A model generated the notes under the pieces. It was not told the DNA's origin and searched no databases. It worked only from the letters and a program-made list of their open reading frames with translations. Shown piece after piece: positions 27,811 through 40,799 of a stretch of DNA of 64,000 bases. Source of the stretch: Tubiluchus corallicola. Taxonomy: Eukaryota; Animalia; Priapulida. The stretch is taken from the NCBI GenBank assembly GCA_030141605.1, contig JAQGDQ010000059.1:124001-188000 (forward strand), written 5' to 3'. Every line of letters begins with the position of its first letter. The stretch's first letter is position 1. The translations under genes were made by a program, and so were the position numbers.

Positions 27811-29802
27811 CTTAAAGGCTGGATCAGCTGTCGTCCCAGCACCTTGGAAACTGCAACTGAGAGACGAATAGTTCCCTCTCAGCAGATCCATAAGATTGCA
27901 AAACCCCGATGTACGGTACTGTACGGGTTAATCTTATCGTCACTTCACTATGCTTTTGCGGCTTTCACATTCTTATGAGCTTGATGCTTATACCCGTTGC
28001 ACACCTAAGATGTAACTTGCCAGACAGATGTGTCTACTCTCTAATACTATCAAAACCTTACCGTGCATTGTGGTTATTTTGCCTCTTTGGGTTAAACTGC
28101 CTAACCAAAAAAAACCATGAAAACTATGTTATAACAATGGCGACTATATATACTTTTAATGTAAGAAACCTTAGGTTACCTGCACATTTAGATTATAAAT
28201 TATTCGCAATGAAAACGAAACTTTTTTGTGACGGCAATTTAATCCATAGAGGCAAAGCAATCACGAATCACAGTAGCGATAAACCCAAAATTTGGGTATT
28301 AAAGAAATGGGGTAGGACAGGTTGTATACAAAACCAAATACATAACTCTTTAGGCTGTTTATACACGGATTGAATTTACAAGTCAAGGCCCACCTTTCTA
28401 GCGGTTTAACGGTCGAAGTAAGTGTAACCACTACTGTTATGATGATACGACCTACAATGCACTATTGATCGCTGGCGAGTAAACAAAATGTGATGCACAC
28501 TTTAGTGTCGTACGCTACAGATTTGAATACATTGTGTACCAAATTCGTATGATGCCATGCATATGAATCACAGTGCACAATGTTCTGTGGCGGACTAAAG
28601 AGTTGAGAATACTGCTCTCAATTCTAGTGCAGCTGAACGCACTGCCAATCAAAATTTACCACGCTACAAATGTGCAGGAGCACACATTAAGTATTTAAGT
28701 GCTCTTTACAATTTTACTATAAGCCCACATTATTACAAAATAAGTGCAGTGTGCGGTATTTGCTACTAACCACAGTGTGAATGCAAAACGCTCTCGTGTT
28801 AACTAGTAAAAGTATCCCGAGGTATGAGAATTCATTGTATGTCCAACGGCCAACAGAGTTAAATCATTTTACATCAAATTCATTTCCTGCACCACTTGTA
28901 GAATTCTAGCCACAGCAAACTATATTCTGATTTTCGATAAAACTGCATCCACATTCTTTACAAGCTTTTATAAAAGTGCACCAACAACTATTCGTTTGGA
29001 AATAGTTTTCTAGACGCCGACATCATTGTTTTTTCTATGGTATTTTAAGCAAAAAATGTGGCGCCATCTTTTTATAACAAAGGAAGTAGCCGTAAAACAT
29101 GTTTTCACAAAAAAGAGAACTTTGCTGCTCGCTAAATAAAAAACTATTCTTCGGTTTCGCTTCACTGTATAGCTACAGAGCTGCAGGGTAAATTGTCAAA
29201 TCAATTTGCAATCGATGAATTTAATGTTGGCACAAAGTAACCTGTTCTTATACAAAATAAACAAGTTTTCAACTCCGTTTCGCTATAATTAACGTCACGC
29301 GATTCAATGCCATCCTGTAGGCCAATCAAGATGTTTAAAAGTTTTCACGAAGTAGCTCAACCTGTTGCATGTGGATAAATGTGCTCGCGAAGGCGCCTTT
29401 TCTACATTAAACTTGATAGCAACATCCAAGTTTTAAGCCTACATTATTGAAACTACGGTGAATTAAACCACGCCCTGCCTTCGCTCATACTAAAAATTTT
29501 CCATAGGGGCTTTCAGTCTTTAACAGGTGTTGCCCTTATTTTTAACACGACGTCCCGCATCACATTTTTACTACTTAGAAATAAACCAGTTTTTACTTCT
29601 GACTTCAGTAACGGAAGCGTAAGTGGTATTCCTCCGCTTTTATTTTTATGTTCCTCTTTATATGGTTCTCCCAGTAATATTGCTCCAGCAATGAAGCTAT
29701 TCTTTAAGTAAAATCACGTAATTAACGGACGAGTGGGGAAAGTGTATACCTCTCGGTTTTACCTGAACAGCAACTATATGTGACAAAGTAAGATCTTAAG
29801 AA

Positions 29803-30880
29803 CTAGATAAAAACTAGTTGACAATATTTCTGACGTTGTCAGAAACTGAAGATTTGGCAAACAATACTTACAAAAATTGAGAACTAGTGCATTTCACAAC
29901 TGTTCAGTCCGTCACCCACGGGTCAGTGGTCAACCAATCTTGGCATAACTTATTTCATTTAGTTTGTCTCATTGAGGCGTTTCATTTCATACGGTACAAG
30001 GTACCATTGCTCGACGCTGTGCACGTTTGTTCCCGACCCCCATTTTCGATTTTTTGACCCTACAGGGTCAGAGATCAACCAGTCTCGGCATAGCTTATAC
30101 CATTCGATTTGTCTCATCAAGATCTTTCGTTTGATAGGCTACAAGTTAGTTTTGGTTGACAATGCAAACATTTGTCCCCTCGACCCCTATTTTGCCCCTT
30201 AGCGGGGTTGTGGGTTAACTATTCTCATAGTAACCTATGCCGACCCGCCTCATCGAGACCTTTCATTTTATGTACTACAAGGTACCATTGCTCAACACTC
30301 AGTGTACTTCTGTTCCCGACCCTCATTTTTCGATTTTTGCACCCTAGCGGTAAATTTTCTTATACGCACACGTCCCACATTTTGTGATGTGTAAGGCCAC
30401 GATCCCACCTAGCAACATTCCAAATATTGTGGCCCTAACTCAAAAACTGTAGGAGCAGATTGATCATAAAGAAAAATAAATCGGAAAACCCGCCTGCTCC
30501 ACGACATTTGTCCTGGCAATTCGGGTCATATGTATGTAGATAACTTTACCCACAAAGTGTACCGTGTGAGTTTTGTGTCCCTAGCCCTAGATGTAAAAGG
30601 TCACCAATTGGGGGACTCCAAGTTTAAAACTTGTCAGCCTTTTAAAACCCCAGTGAGCAAATGCTTGTGAAAAAAAACCAAAAGCCTTAGGAGAAGATGC
30701 GACCTAAAGGAAAAACTGACCGATGCCCACTGCTCTTCCACCTTGACCAGTGGTCACCGGTCCCACACTGTGGTACGTCCCCTGCCCAGGGCTACCAACC
30801 CTGTGAGTTTGGTGACCCTAGCTTGCAAGGATTACGAGTTATTAAGCGTCAAAGTGGCGGAGAATAAATAAATAATAACT
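29803..30880. mobile_element. Helentron/DINE-1-like non-autonomous element with internal ~145-bp tandem repeats
   Basis: Starts ACTAG; three diverged ~145-bp units at 29916-30350 (ACAAGGTACCATTGCTC and TGTTCCCGACC recur); repeated GTGAGTTT(T/G)GTG..CCCTAGC motif; ends in an AATAAT simple repeat. Family assignment from general architecture only. Confidence 0.5.
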
Positions 30881-32104
30881 CAATGAATAACAGTAAGATT
30901 TTGCTATGGCAAAATCTTAATAAAGTAAAACGAATTGAAATAAATGACACGAATGAAATAATAAAACTCAGATGCTTCAGCTTCATGCAGATACAAGCTC
31001 GAGATTTATCCATTTTGCACTCAAATCCTTCAAATTTGACACAAGCCAAGCTGAGCTGTCAGTTTGTAAAAAAACGCTAGGCAGTGCGTTAGAACCCTTG
31101 TTACCAGTTATGGGGGGGGGGGGGCGGGGGTTGAACTTGCAGACTAAATTCAGTGGATGCAGGCTGCAGATTCGGTGAAAATTTCCTAGCAGCGACGGCT
31201 TTTCGCTTCATTTAACGCGCTATGTCTTAATTAAGAAATAAACAGAAAATGACATGAGCAGTGACCATGACACAGAAAATCTATTACTGGTTCTTGTGAT
31301 TAAAAAACGCACTCGAGTTTCCTGCCGTAGAGTTAACAAGCTAAAATTTTTACTTTCACGAGGCTGTTCCGCGCCAATGTTCGCAACAACCAGGATCCAC
31401 ATCCAGTTGTCCAATGAATCCATAAATCAAAATTCCCTATGTAATTGTCAAGAATCTTAATTCCAAAAATGCGAATCAGTGATAGAATAAGCCAGCATTT
31501 AAACTTTAAGGAAAACAATCATTAAAATTTAGCAGCCAAAAAAAGGAGTGTAAAAAGAGGGGCTAAACCAAGATCTGAACTAAGGAAATTTGGATTACAA
31601 GTATGATGCCATATTTCAAATTCAGCTCAGTCCCGACTTTTTCACTTGGTTCTGATATTTAAGAAATGTGAATTTATTTCATCTCGGCCGTTTCTTTATG
31701 CAGATTTACCAACTCGTGGGCAGAACAGAACCATTTCGCAACCCAAAAAGGTAGTATAGTACAGACCACTTTCAACAGATATTAACCTGGCAAGCTGAAA
31801 ATAGTTAAAAATACCCGTTAGTCACTTTTGAAATCTCCAGCTGAACCTAAACTCTGACACCCTAGCATGCAAGATGAATGTTTTGTCTACGCATTGATGA
31901 CCAATAATGCATGAAAATTATCAGTTATAAGATCGGGTTCTTAAGAACTGCGACATCTGTTTTTTCGTAAACTGATTGCCGCTGAAATTTGGCTGACAAG
32001 CTTATAACATGCAGCACCACAAATTACATACAACATGGAAATTAGAAAGGTGAACTAAAGCAAGGAAAAATAATGGCAACGTACAAAAATAAATATTAAA
32101 AGAA

Positions 32105-32110
32105 TTTATT
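32105..32110 (-). terminator. Polyadenylation signal AATAAA of the basic-protein gene
   Basis: TTTATT on the plus strand about 185 nt downstream of the stop at 32294. Confidence 0.5.
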
Positions 32111-32293
32111 CATTTAAAGTCCAGAAACATGGTTTTATAAAAATTGCAATTGTAACACACATGACAGTCATTTTATCGTTCACTACAATTACTTATTTTG
32201 TAATACGAAAATGTAGCGTTTCCAGTGTTTCGTGTTTTGAGAGCTTTTGCAAATTAAAAATAACATGCGTCAGAAGAATGTTTGAGTTTTTAG

Positions 32294-33181
32294 TTACACC
32301 TTGCAGGGGCTTCTTGGAGAAGCTCTCAGTGTTGTTTTCATTGGGCTTTTGAGACCAGTTTTCATTGGACTTTTTGTACTAACTTTCATTGGACTTTTCA
32401 CATTAGCTTTCATTGGGCTTTTTACACTTGTTTTCACTGGGCTTTTCACATTAGCTGCCTGTGGGCTTTTTAGACCGATTTTCGCTGGACTTTTTACATT
32501 AACCTTCATTGGGCTCCTTGGGGAATCTTTCACTGGACTTCTTAGATCTGTCAGGTGACCTCTTGAAGAATCTTCAACAGAATTTGTCCGGAAAGATTTT
32601 GTTGGGCTCACTGGTGAGACTACGTCGCATTGTTCAGTGACACGTAAATCAGCAGAAGTCTTCCTTCTCTTCCGACTTCGTCGTTTTAGCTCAGCATCAT
32701 CAAGAGCACTCTTCAGCTTTGTTGATGCTTGTGCTTTCTTGGCTCTCTTTAAGGTCTTTGGTTCTGCTTTATTTGCTTTAGTAATACGTCCTGCTAATTT
32801 GCTCCTCTTCATTGAATTTGCAGCTTGCTTCATAACTTTCCCTTGACGTTCTTCTTTGGATCTCGGACTTGCTCTTTGCTGGGACTTTGATGTCACCCTT
32901 GACCAGGATTTTGTACTAGATCTGGGGCGGGATTTTGTCATTGTTCTCGAACGAATGCAATGGGATTTTGACGTTGCCTTTGAACGCGACTTGGATGCTG
33001 CTGTGGAGCGGGAATGTGCCCTTGATCCTGAACGCCGTTTTGAAGTTGCACCCGTTGAACAATGTTTTGGAGTTGCTTTGGAACGAGATCTAGACTTATG
33101 TTTGTATTTCCCCATTTGTTTCCTTTTTACAAATCTACCGCCTTCTATTCTTGAAGTACGGCTCCTTCCTTGACGCACCAT
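32294..33181 (-). CDS. Intronless highly basic Ser/Arg/Lys-rich protein with SPxK repeats (protamine-like sperm nuclear basic protein / histone H1 tail-like)
   Basis: 295-codon ORF in AT-rich DNA, aatATGG start, CCAAT upstream (33422-33426), AATAAA downstream. SRS/SKS-rich N-half, ten S-P-x-K motifs in the C-terminal third. No H1 winged-helix domain recognised; function is inferred from composition. Confidence 0.72.
   Translation of the reverse strand: MVRQGRSRTSRIEGGRFVKRKQMGKYKHKSRSRSKATPKHCSTGATSKRRSGSRAHSRSTAASKSRSKATSKSHCIRSRTMTKSRPRSSTKSWSRVTSKSQQRASPRSKEERQGKVMKQAANSMKRSKLAGRITKANKAEPKTLKRAKKAQASTKLKSALDDAELKRRSRKRRKTSADLRVTEQCDVVSPVSPTKSFRTNSVEDSSRGHLTDLRSPVKDSPRSPMKVNVKSPAKIGLKSPQAANVKSPVKTSVKSPMKANVKSPMKVSTKSPMKTGLKSPMKTTLRASPRSPCKV
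32325..32515 (-). repeat. Coding 24-bp minisatellite (8-aa KSPMKxxx units)
   Basis: TTCATTGG(G/A)CTTTT-type motif recurs every 24 nt, about 8 copies. Confidence 0.9.
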
Positions 33182-36100
33182 ATTTTCTTAAAGCTTGGAA
33201 TTTTCTCAAAACAGATTTTAAAAGTGCTATCACTGAAGGCAAGAACGCTGATGATGATGGAATGCGAACAATAGTATCCATGGTAGCGGAACACATGCCA
33301 TCAACAATAGTAACGATAGCAACAAGCATGAATCTGTGTCGCGATAGGACGGTTTCTGTTAGCTATGATGACGACATTACTTACTTTGCCGTCATAAGAA
33401 CCTTTAGTCTCCAAGAATTTGATTGGCCGAGTTGGCTACAAATATTAAGAAACCGAGCAAGGCGAAGTATTTATGTGGTATTTAAGCCAAACACAACCTA
33501 TAACGAATCGAATTATTTAATGATTAATACTAATCGTCCGGTAAAATTACTGTCAGATTTTCCTCGAGTTTGATGGCTAATCAGTACTCACTGAGTAGGA
33601 AAGGAACGTTAGAATTACAGTACGACTATAATTACTTTATCGCTATCATACATGTTAACTAAAATGTTTATAACGCTCTACCTTGCGAGCATCAATACTT
33701 ATTGAGCATTTCTATTGGCATCAATTTATTGGCGTTATTAATCTGTGAAATACCAGTGATAAATCACGTGGCCACCCTAAACCAATAGAAATGGTGAATT
33801 CCTCGAAGAAAATACGCATTTCGATAACATAGAGAAAAGACATTTTGTTAGTAGGAGTATTATTTAAACACAAATACTAAATACACAGATTGAGTAAATT
33901 TGGGAAAAGTTTCTACATAAACACATGTTCTACATAATGTATAGCCGTTAGTCCGACATGCTTTCTGTATCAGTTTGGGCAATCTGCCCTATTATTACTA
34001 TGTAATAAAGCGTTCAGTAACTGTATGCATTTCGTGCAATAGCATATGTCGTTTATTTGCTAGTATACCAACTTTTTATATAGCGTTACATCCTCATATA
34101 TATGGCATAGAACACTTTACATGCATTATAATAACACTTTTTGGCAGACAAAAACATACAGTTTACCCCAAACAATTACACAAAAGCTTTAAAAAACAAG
34201 TACGTTTGAAATCAGACTTGAAATTTATTCAGATGTATAGTCGCACTTGAACATTATCATAACCTTGGTATGCAGTTACGCATAACTGATATTACATAAA
34301 ATCAACTGATGAGAAGCGGCGAGTAGATTTTATATAGTCACGGATGGAGTTTGGTAGTGGTTCAACTGAGAGGATCCGAAAAGACATGCTGAAATTTTCA
34401 GTTGGCTGCACAAGTTATTCATATTAAACGGGAAAACATTTTGTTGATATAGATGGGTCAGTTTTTCCTCAAGGTTCATTCAACTAACAGTATATTAGGG
34501 ATACTTGAGCAAATAATGTTGTACTGTTTCTCGCAAAGAGCCACAAGTACAATATGGCTTAACTATGCTACCAGTTTTATCTCTGCATCCGATTGTTGAG
34601 ATCTTAATTTTTTTGAGAAAAGTACCACATTTACAACGAGTAAGCTCAGTAAGCTATTTACAACAGTATTAGCTCACCACTACACTCAAAATGATATGGC
34701 TAACTCAACAATACTTTCACTAAAATTATTTCTAATATAGCACTTTTAGACTAAAAAAAAGGTTTACTCAATATTTAACATGAAGGCAGTGTAAGAAGTC
34801 TCAAGGGGTAAAAGCATTCACAGTATTCTCAGTAACAATGACATATTAATTTCACGCAAATATAGTTTACTCAGCAGTACATTCCCACTAAAGCAGACAG
34901 AAACTCTGACATTTTTTCAGCAACACTGTCAGTCAGATATGGTTTACTCAATGATACATTTACAATAATGAAATGCTTTACTAGTAGCACATTCACACCG
35001 AAACGGTTTAATTATTTAAATCACCCCAGACATCACTTTTGTCCTGATTTCACAAGCCTCTTAACAGGTTCAATAAATTTGGTGAAGCAACTACATACGA
35101 AGTCAACTGAGTGGAAAATATCTAGAACAACCTTTGTAAAATGTAGACCAGCTAAGTGAAACATTACATTAGTAAAACCATCTCACTATGCGCAAGTTGA
35201 AAAAATGATAATATCAACATAAATATAATCTATAGCTCTATATATGCTTATTTAAAGCACAAGCCAAGCAAAACTAAAGTAGGTTAGAGTAAACTGCTCT
35301 CCTACTATTATCTCAGGTTATTCCTTCGTAATGAGAAAATGCAACAGGCGATTACACCACAGAAATTTTGTGACCTATATCAAGACATACATGTTTACTC
35401 TGAACACACGAAACAGATTTCATACAAAGGCTAAAAAATTATAGCACAGAATTACGAATATAAAATGAAACCAAACAACAATGCCTGAGAGACGAAATTG
35501 TTGCGCGAGTCTATCATGATTATTGTTAGATAGTTAAACAAGGAAGAGATATTCAGACGTGAGGCAAAAACTGAAAATTAGCCGATTTGCCACCAAAACT
35601 TTAGGAAACATTTAGCACTTATTTCGCATTAGCAAAATTCCTGCGTCGATGGATAACACTTCTCTAATTTCGACTTATGATCGATGAGAGCATTACTAAG
35701 ACAATGCGGGTCAATTTACCCAAGTCTTTAAACTGATGCATTCAGTATGAAACAAAATCCCATTTTGCCTTCATTGACACTTTACAAGTTTCAAGGACCA
35801 AATTCATAACAAGTTTTTGTACAATTCTTGCACGTAAAAGCTAATTAAAACAATTCAACACTGCTCAGGGTTACTTGTCTAATTGTTGATTTTGACTTTC
35901 TTTTCCTGCCTTGACTCAACAAGCAAGGACACAGACAACTATATAACTGTCAATTAGTTAATTCATACTGAAGAAGGCTCTGTAATCAAGTCAAATACGG
36001 GTATGAGTGTGCAAGTAGACATTAAATAAAATACAATGCTGAGTAGAATATTTAGTTCGTATAAGTAATGAACCTAACAGTATAACCAATCACGAAACTA

Positions 36101-39100
36101 AGTCAGACATGCACTTGCGTCTCTAATTTCTACACAGTGTCTGTAAAAATAATTAATAATCCTACTACCAAATACAGCTACAAAGCAAGTCCTGTTAAGT
36201 ACAATGCAACGTAAACATCATATCATAAACAGATCTAAAGCGATCTAGAATCAAAATATCTCATTGAATAATATCAAATGTCAGTCATAAACGCGAAGTA
36301 GGCTAACTAGTACAGCTACCAATGAACGGAGTGCATCCTAAGGACGATATTATCAATGGTTGACCTATAGTTTGCTTACTAGTTATAAGTTGATAATTTT
36401 GCTTATGCTTTACTATAGTGCGAGTTATATTTGACGACAAATAACCCATCACTATATAGTTGTTCAACGAATCAAACACATGATGCATATAATCTTCATT
36501 GAAAACCCAAATGCATAAACAATGCCAATAAATGGAATAGTACTTCATTTTTAGCTTTATCAAAAGTCCCTCACGAGGGAACGCGATGTAAGAGCATTGT
36601 GAGAGAACTCCAATTGCTTTTAGTCAGTTTTAAAACTTTGGGTTTCGGTAAGAATTTTAGCAGTTTTTTGTCATAAGGACTATGAAAGTTGCAGTAGCTA
36701 TCCACGCTATCCTTTAATACAACTGTAATGTAATATAGGTTAACAGTATAATGATAATGATCGGAACAAATTAGTAATAGTGGTGTGAAATGTGTGCTAT
36801 ACTTTACGAAAAACGATAAATAAATCATATAACGATAACCGCAATTATTCCAGTCTGTGCGTATAAGCATTCATACTCATACTAAATGATTAATGATACA
36901 CTATCGGAATTACTATGTAATGTACTGATGTCGACAAAACCTATATGGACAGGTGCGAACAAGAGGCAATAAACAAGTTCTATGACCTCAGAACTACAGA
37001 CAGCTTATACCAGGTGACGTGAACGTTTCACTGCCTAGATACAATATCCGTTTGTACTGTCAGAACATTGGAAATATGGATGATGGGAAGTTTGAATTTA
37101 ATGTTAGTTATTCAAACAGGATTAGCCGACATGTAGGAGAAATACAATAATTATTATTGTGAGCTGATAAGACTAATATACTTCCCTAAACCTAAATTCT
37201 ATCCGTGTTAACATTAATAGTATCCGTATTAATAACATCTGTATTAATTACAGTAAGACGTAAACTTTTTAAAATTGCCACAAAAATTTCGATGCTAAGT
37301 TTTATTTTTATGTTGATATCTATCGTTTTCGAATTTTTTCTGTGACAACTGACGCCAAGATTAAAGAATTCTCAAGTTACTATTCGTGTTTTATTTTGCA
37401 AGCAAAAGAACTGCAATTACATTAAGTTTACTAATTAAAATACCTGTGAGTATTGGATCTCCAAGGACAAACTGCAAGGTCAGAAGAGACATTCCTAAAC
37501 TTTTACTCGTTGTTTTTTTAAATATCTTGCACAAACCAGTCAGTTTCAAAGTTCCCAAAACTTGTAGCAATGATGTTAACTGGTCCGGTCATTAAAACAC
37601 GTAATTAAAATGTCATTAAAATTTCACTGAATCAGCCGTCTACTTCGACGCACTTGATATCGTAACACTATTTAAAGATGACAGTGCTTAAAATCATATA
37701 CAATGATTAAATCCTTCAAGGCATTCTGAATAATATTTCAAGAAGGCATCAGTTAACTAGTGCGTTCTTCATCACTAAAATCTTAATCTCTATCAAATAA
37801 AATCACTAATGCAGCTAAGAATGTACATGTAACCCAATCACCGATGTTATAAATCTAGATAATGCTTTATCCATAAGATTTCTTGACATTCTTCTAAAGT
37901 ACAGTTTATTGCTACTTTGCACAATCTTGACTTAAACGCCCGAAGGAAAAACTTTCACTGTGCTTCTTGTTAAGGCAATGTATGCAGCAATGGCCCATAT
38001 ATCTGTAATTGTACAAGTTAAAGGCTTGTCCGTGACTTTACTCCTTGCCATGCTGCATGCACGTATTATACATAAAAGCTGTTGACGAAATTTAACCGTC
38101 AGACTATGTAAATCACAGTGGATTCATTAGAATTGCAAATTTATGCATGTAATAGCTACAAGCAGATACAATACCCACAAACTCTACTACATCTATTAAA
38201 AAGATTCTGAGTGAAAAGAAAACATTGAACTTTTCTCTTCTGGTTTTTAACTCCGGCAAACATATTCAACAATCATAATGAAATGTACGAGCACCATCGA
38301 ATTTCCAATGTACGCAATGCAATTTATATGCAACAATATGTGCTGATACTGTAATCTAACCTCTAACAGCCACTGAAATTACTCTAAAAGACTTCTATCT
38401 ATTCACTATTAGCATGCGTCTATTTCTCGAACTGAGATCACTGTCGATCAACGTCAAATTAATTTTGGCTCCAACGCCAAATTGCTTCCACTAGAAACTT
38501 CTGCCTCGCCACAGAGTTATAAAACCAGAACCGCTGAAACAAGTCACAACCCCGCACCGGACGACACAGCTCTCAATTTCAGTAGCACCATCATACAAAC
38601 GCAGGCAGATTAGACAAAAGTATGCCGCCCGTAAAAATGCACGGGCTTTGCTAAAAAGTTTATTGCCACGCTATTGTTAGATAAAAATCATGTTTGGAAG
38701 TAATATCTAAGCTCCGTGTTTTCTTTGAATTCCAAATAACATTTTTACTAATACAGGTATTTCTATCAGCATAATAACCATCATCCAAACGTCAACAGTT
38801 ACCTATATACCCAAAATTATGCTTCGAGAAAGAACCTGCCCCTTAAGCCTAGCACAGATTGAGAACTGCCTCAACAATAGCAGACGCATTTTCGTTTTTA
38901 GTGGCGGTTTGTCCAGTGGTCCATTCTTTTGGTTGATTCCATAGCCTGAGGTGATGAAAGCTGACTTTCAATTTCAATAAAACTACCTCCTCCAAACTAC
39001 ATGCTGACAACCAACAAGCTGAACAAAGGAAACTAAGCAGCAGGCACTGTGTCATTCCAAAATCGTTAGGATCTCTCTAATAATAAGCACAGCTTTTCTG

Positions 39101-40637
39101 TGTGGTTTTATTAACCAAAATAGCTTAATGGAAATAATAAAATTTGTTACAAAACACGATTGTATTCAATAATTAAACTAACAACAGATACTGGCACACT
39201 AGTCCAAATAAATAAAAAAAAACGTTTTAACTTGGCCATTCGAAAATGTGACAAGATTTTCGTATATTAGTTTTATAAAAATGAAAAAATCCATACAATA
39301 ATTTTACAAAATTTAAAAGAAATTGAAATAATAATAAATGGCATAAAAGTTCATACAAATAAACGAACATTCAGAAATTTGCAGATCCGTTTTTAGCCTT
39401 CACCACAAACTCTTGAAAAAAGTTACACTATACTGCATGTTAAATGAGTGAACTGGAAGTACATGTATTAAGAACAATGAGGGCCGGGGTAAGTCCAGAA
39501 ACAAGCATAATGAACTTAACAAGAGTTGAACGTCTAAAATCAGTACCTAGCAGCTATTTTCATTTGAATGTATTCTGTCTAAAATACTAGCCATATAGGA
39601 AAGCAACCCAGCAAAAACAAGGTAGACTGTCTTTTATGAAACAAGAAACAAAATACAAAATGAATAATATTGAGTTAAGCAAGAACAAAAATCAGAATGG
39701 CTAATACAATTTTAAGGAATCACATTTCACTGGTTCATACTAGTGCCACCTAGCGTGAAAAGTAGCTACTAATGTCTCAATAACTAATAATTTTCATCAT
39801 ACAGTGGAATGGTTGGCTCAGTCAATTAAAGCCTAAAAACGAAAATTAGGTTGAACTCTCACTCCTACTCGTTCTCGTTGGCTAGAACTACTCAAGCAAA
39901 AAGAATACGCTCAAAACTGTGAACTAGCACTAGATGTTAATCCGTATTATTTTATTTAACTAAACGTACATATGTTACACAACTTAATATTCAAACTGTA
40001 AGCTCTAAACATGTGTACACTAAGTTAATTGGTCAAATTCTGACTTGGTTTCCAGTTTCCAGCATCTGTTTTTGATGGCTTTCAATAAAACACAGCTTCC
40101 GCTGTAACAAACTTAAGTATACAGAAGAACAGTGACCCAAATTTAATTAATTAGATACTACACATGTTCAATAAATCTGATTCTCTCAACATAAAACATA
40201 TAAACAACAGTATAGGAGACTTGAAAACATTATTCTTTTATTTTTGAGCTCAAAAAAATTTAACATTACAGAAACTTGCTAATTTTTCTTCTAATATTCT
40301 TACATCCTGTGTCACAACTTTTGCATTTTACACATTTGTTTGAAGAAAAGTTCAAAAGTTGTTTAATATTTTTAGTGCAAACTTTACAGAATAATAATAA
40401 CAATAATGGAAAATTAATTTCGTCTAGGTAATATAGTATGTTTCGCTTAAAAATTCCTTGTGTTAAAAACACTCACAGAATTAGTACTAATACGAACAAT
40501 AAATTGCTTTTATTTTCTTACTTATACTTATACCAGAAAAAACAAGAGACTGATGTCTGCGCTTTCGCAAAAACAAATACAGTTATTGTTTAAGCTATTT
40601 GGTTAATCATTTATCGGTACATTTATGCTAATCGTAC

Positions 40638-40701
40638 CTGCATCAATGTCCAGATCGAATGGTGGATCAGTGCTGCCATCTGTCTCCTGAGATTCAGCCA
40701 T
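40638..40701 (-). CDS. fry: furry distal first coding exon C (MAESQETDGSTDPPFDLDIDA)
   Basis: atcATGG Kozak, 21 codons + 1 nt, CAG|GTACG donor (phase 1); upstream acceptor tttttcttag| at 40800 defines exon 40638-40799; acidic composition continues naturally into ELDTDNASL. Confidence 0.62.
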
Positions 40702-40799
40702 GATATTTTCAACCAGAATTTTACAGAAAACATCAAATGAAGCTCACATCAGGCCCATTCATTGTGCAGATCCAAACTACCAAATAACCACTCAAATAT

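Noticed and set aside
32301-33173. Hydrophobic and DF-repeat plus-strand ORFs
   Set aside because: Antisense shadows of the repetitive basic-protein ORF.
33151-33573. 140-codon plus-strand ORF
   Set aside because: TTG start, no recognisable homology or splice context, and it overlaps the promoter of the minus-strand gene.
39810-39870. tRNA-like A/B boxes (also near 21700)
   Set aside because: No cloverleaf; decayed SINE heads rather than tRNA genes.
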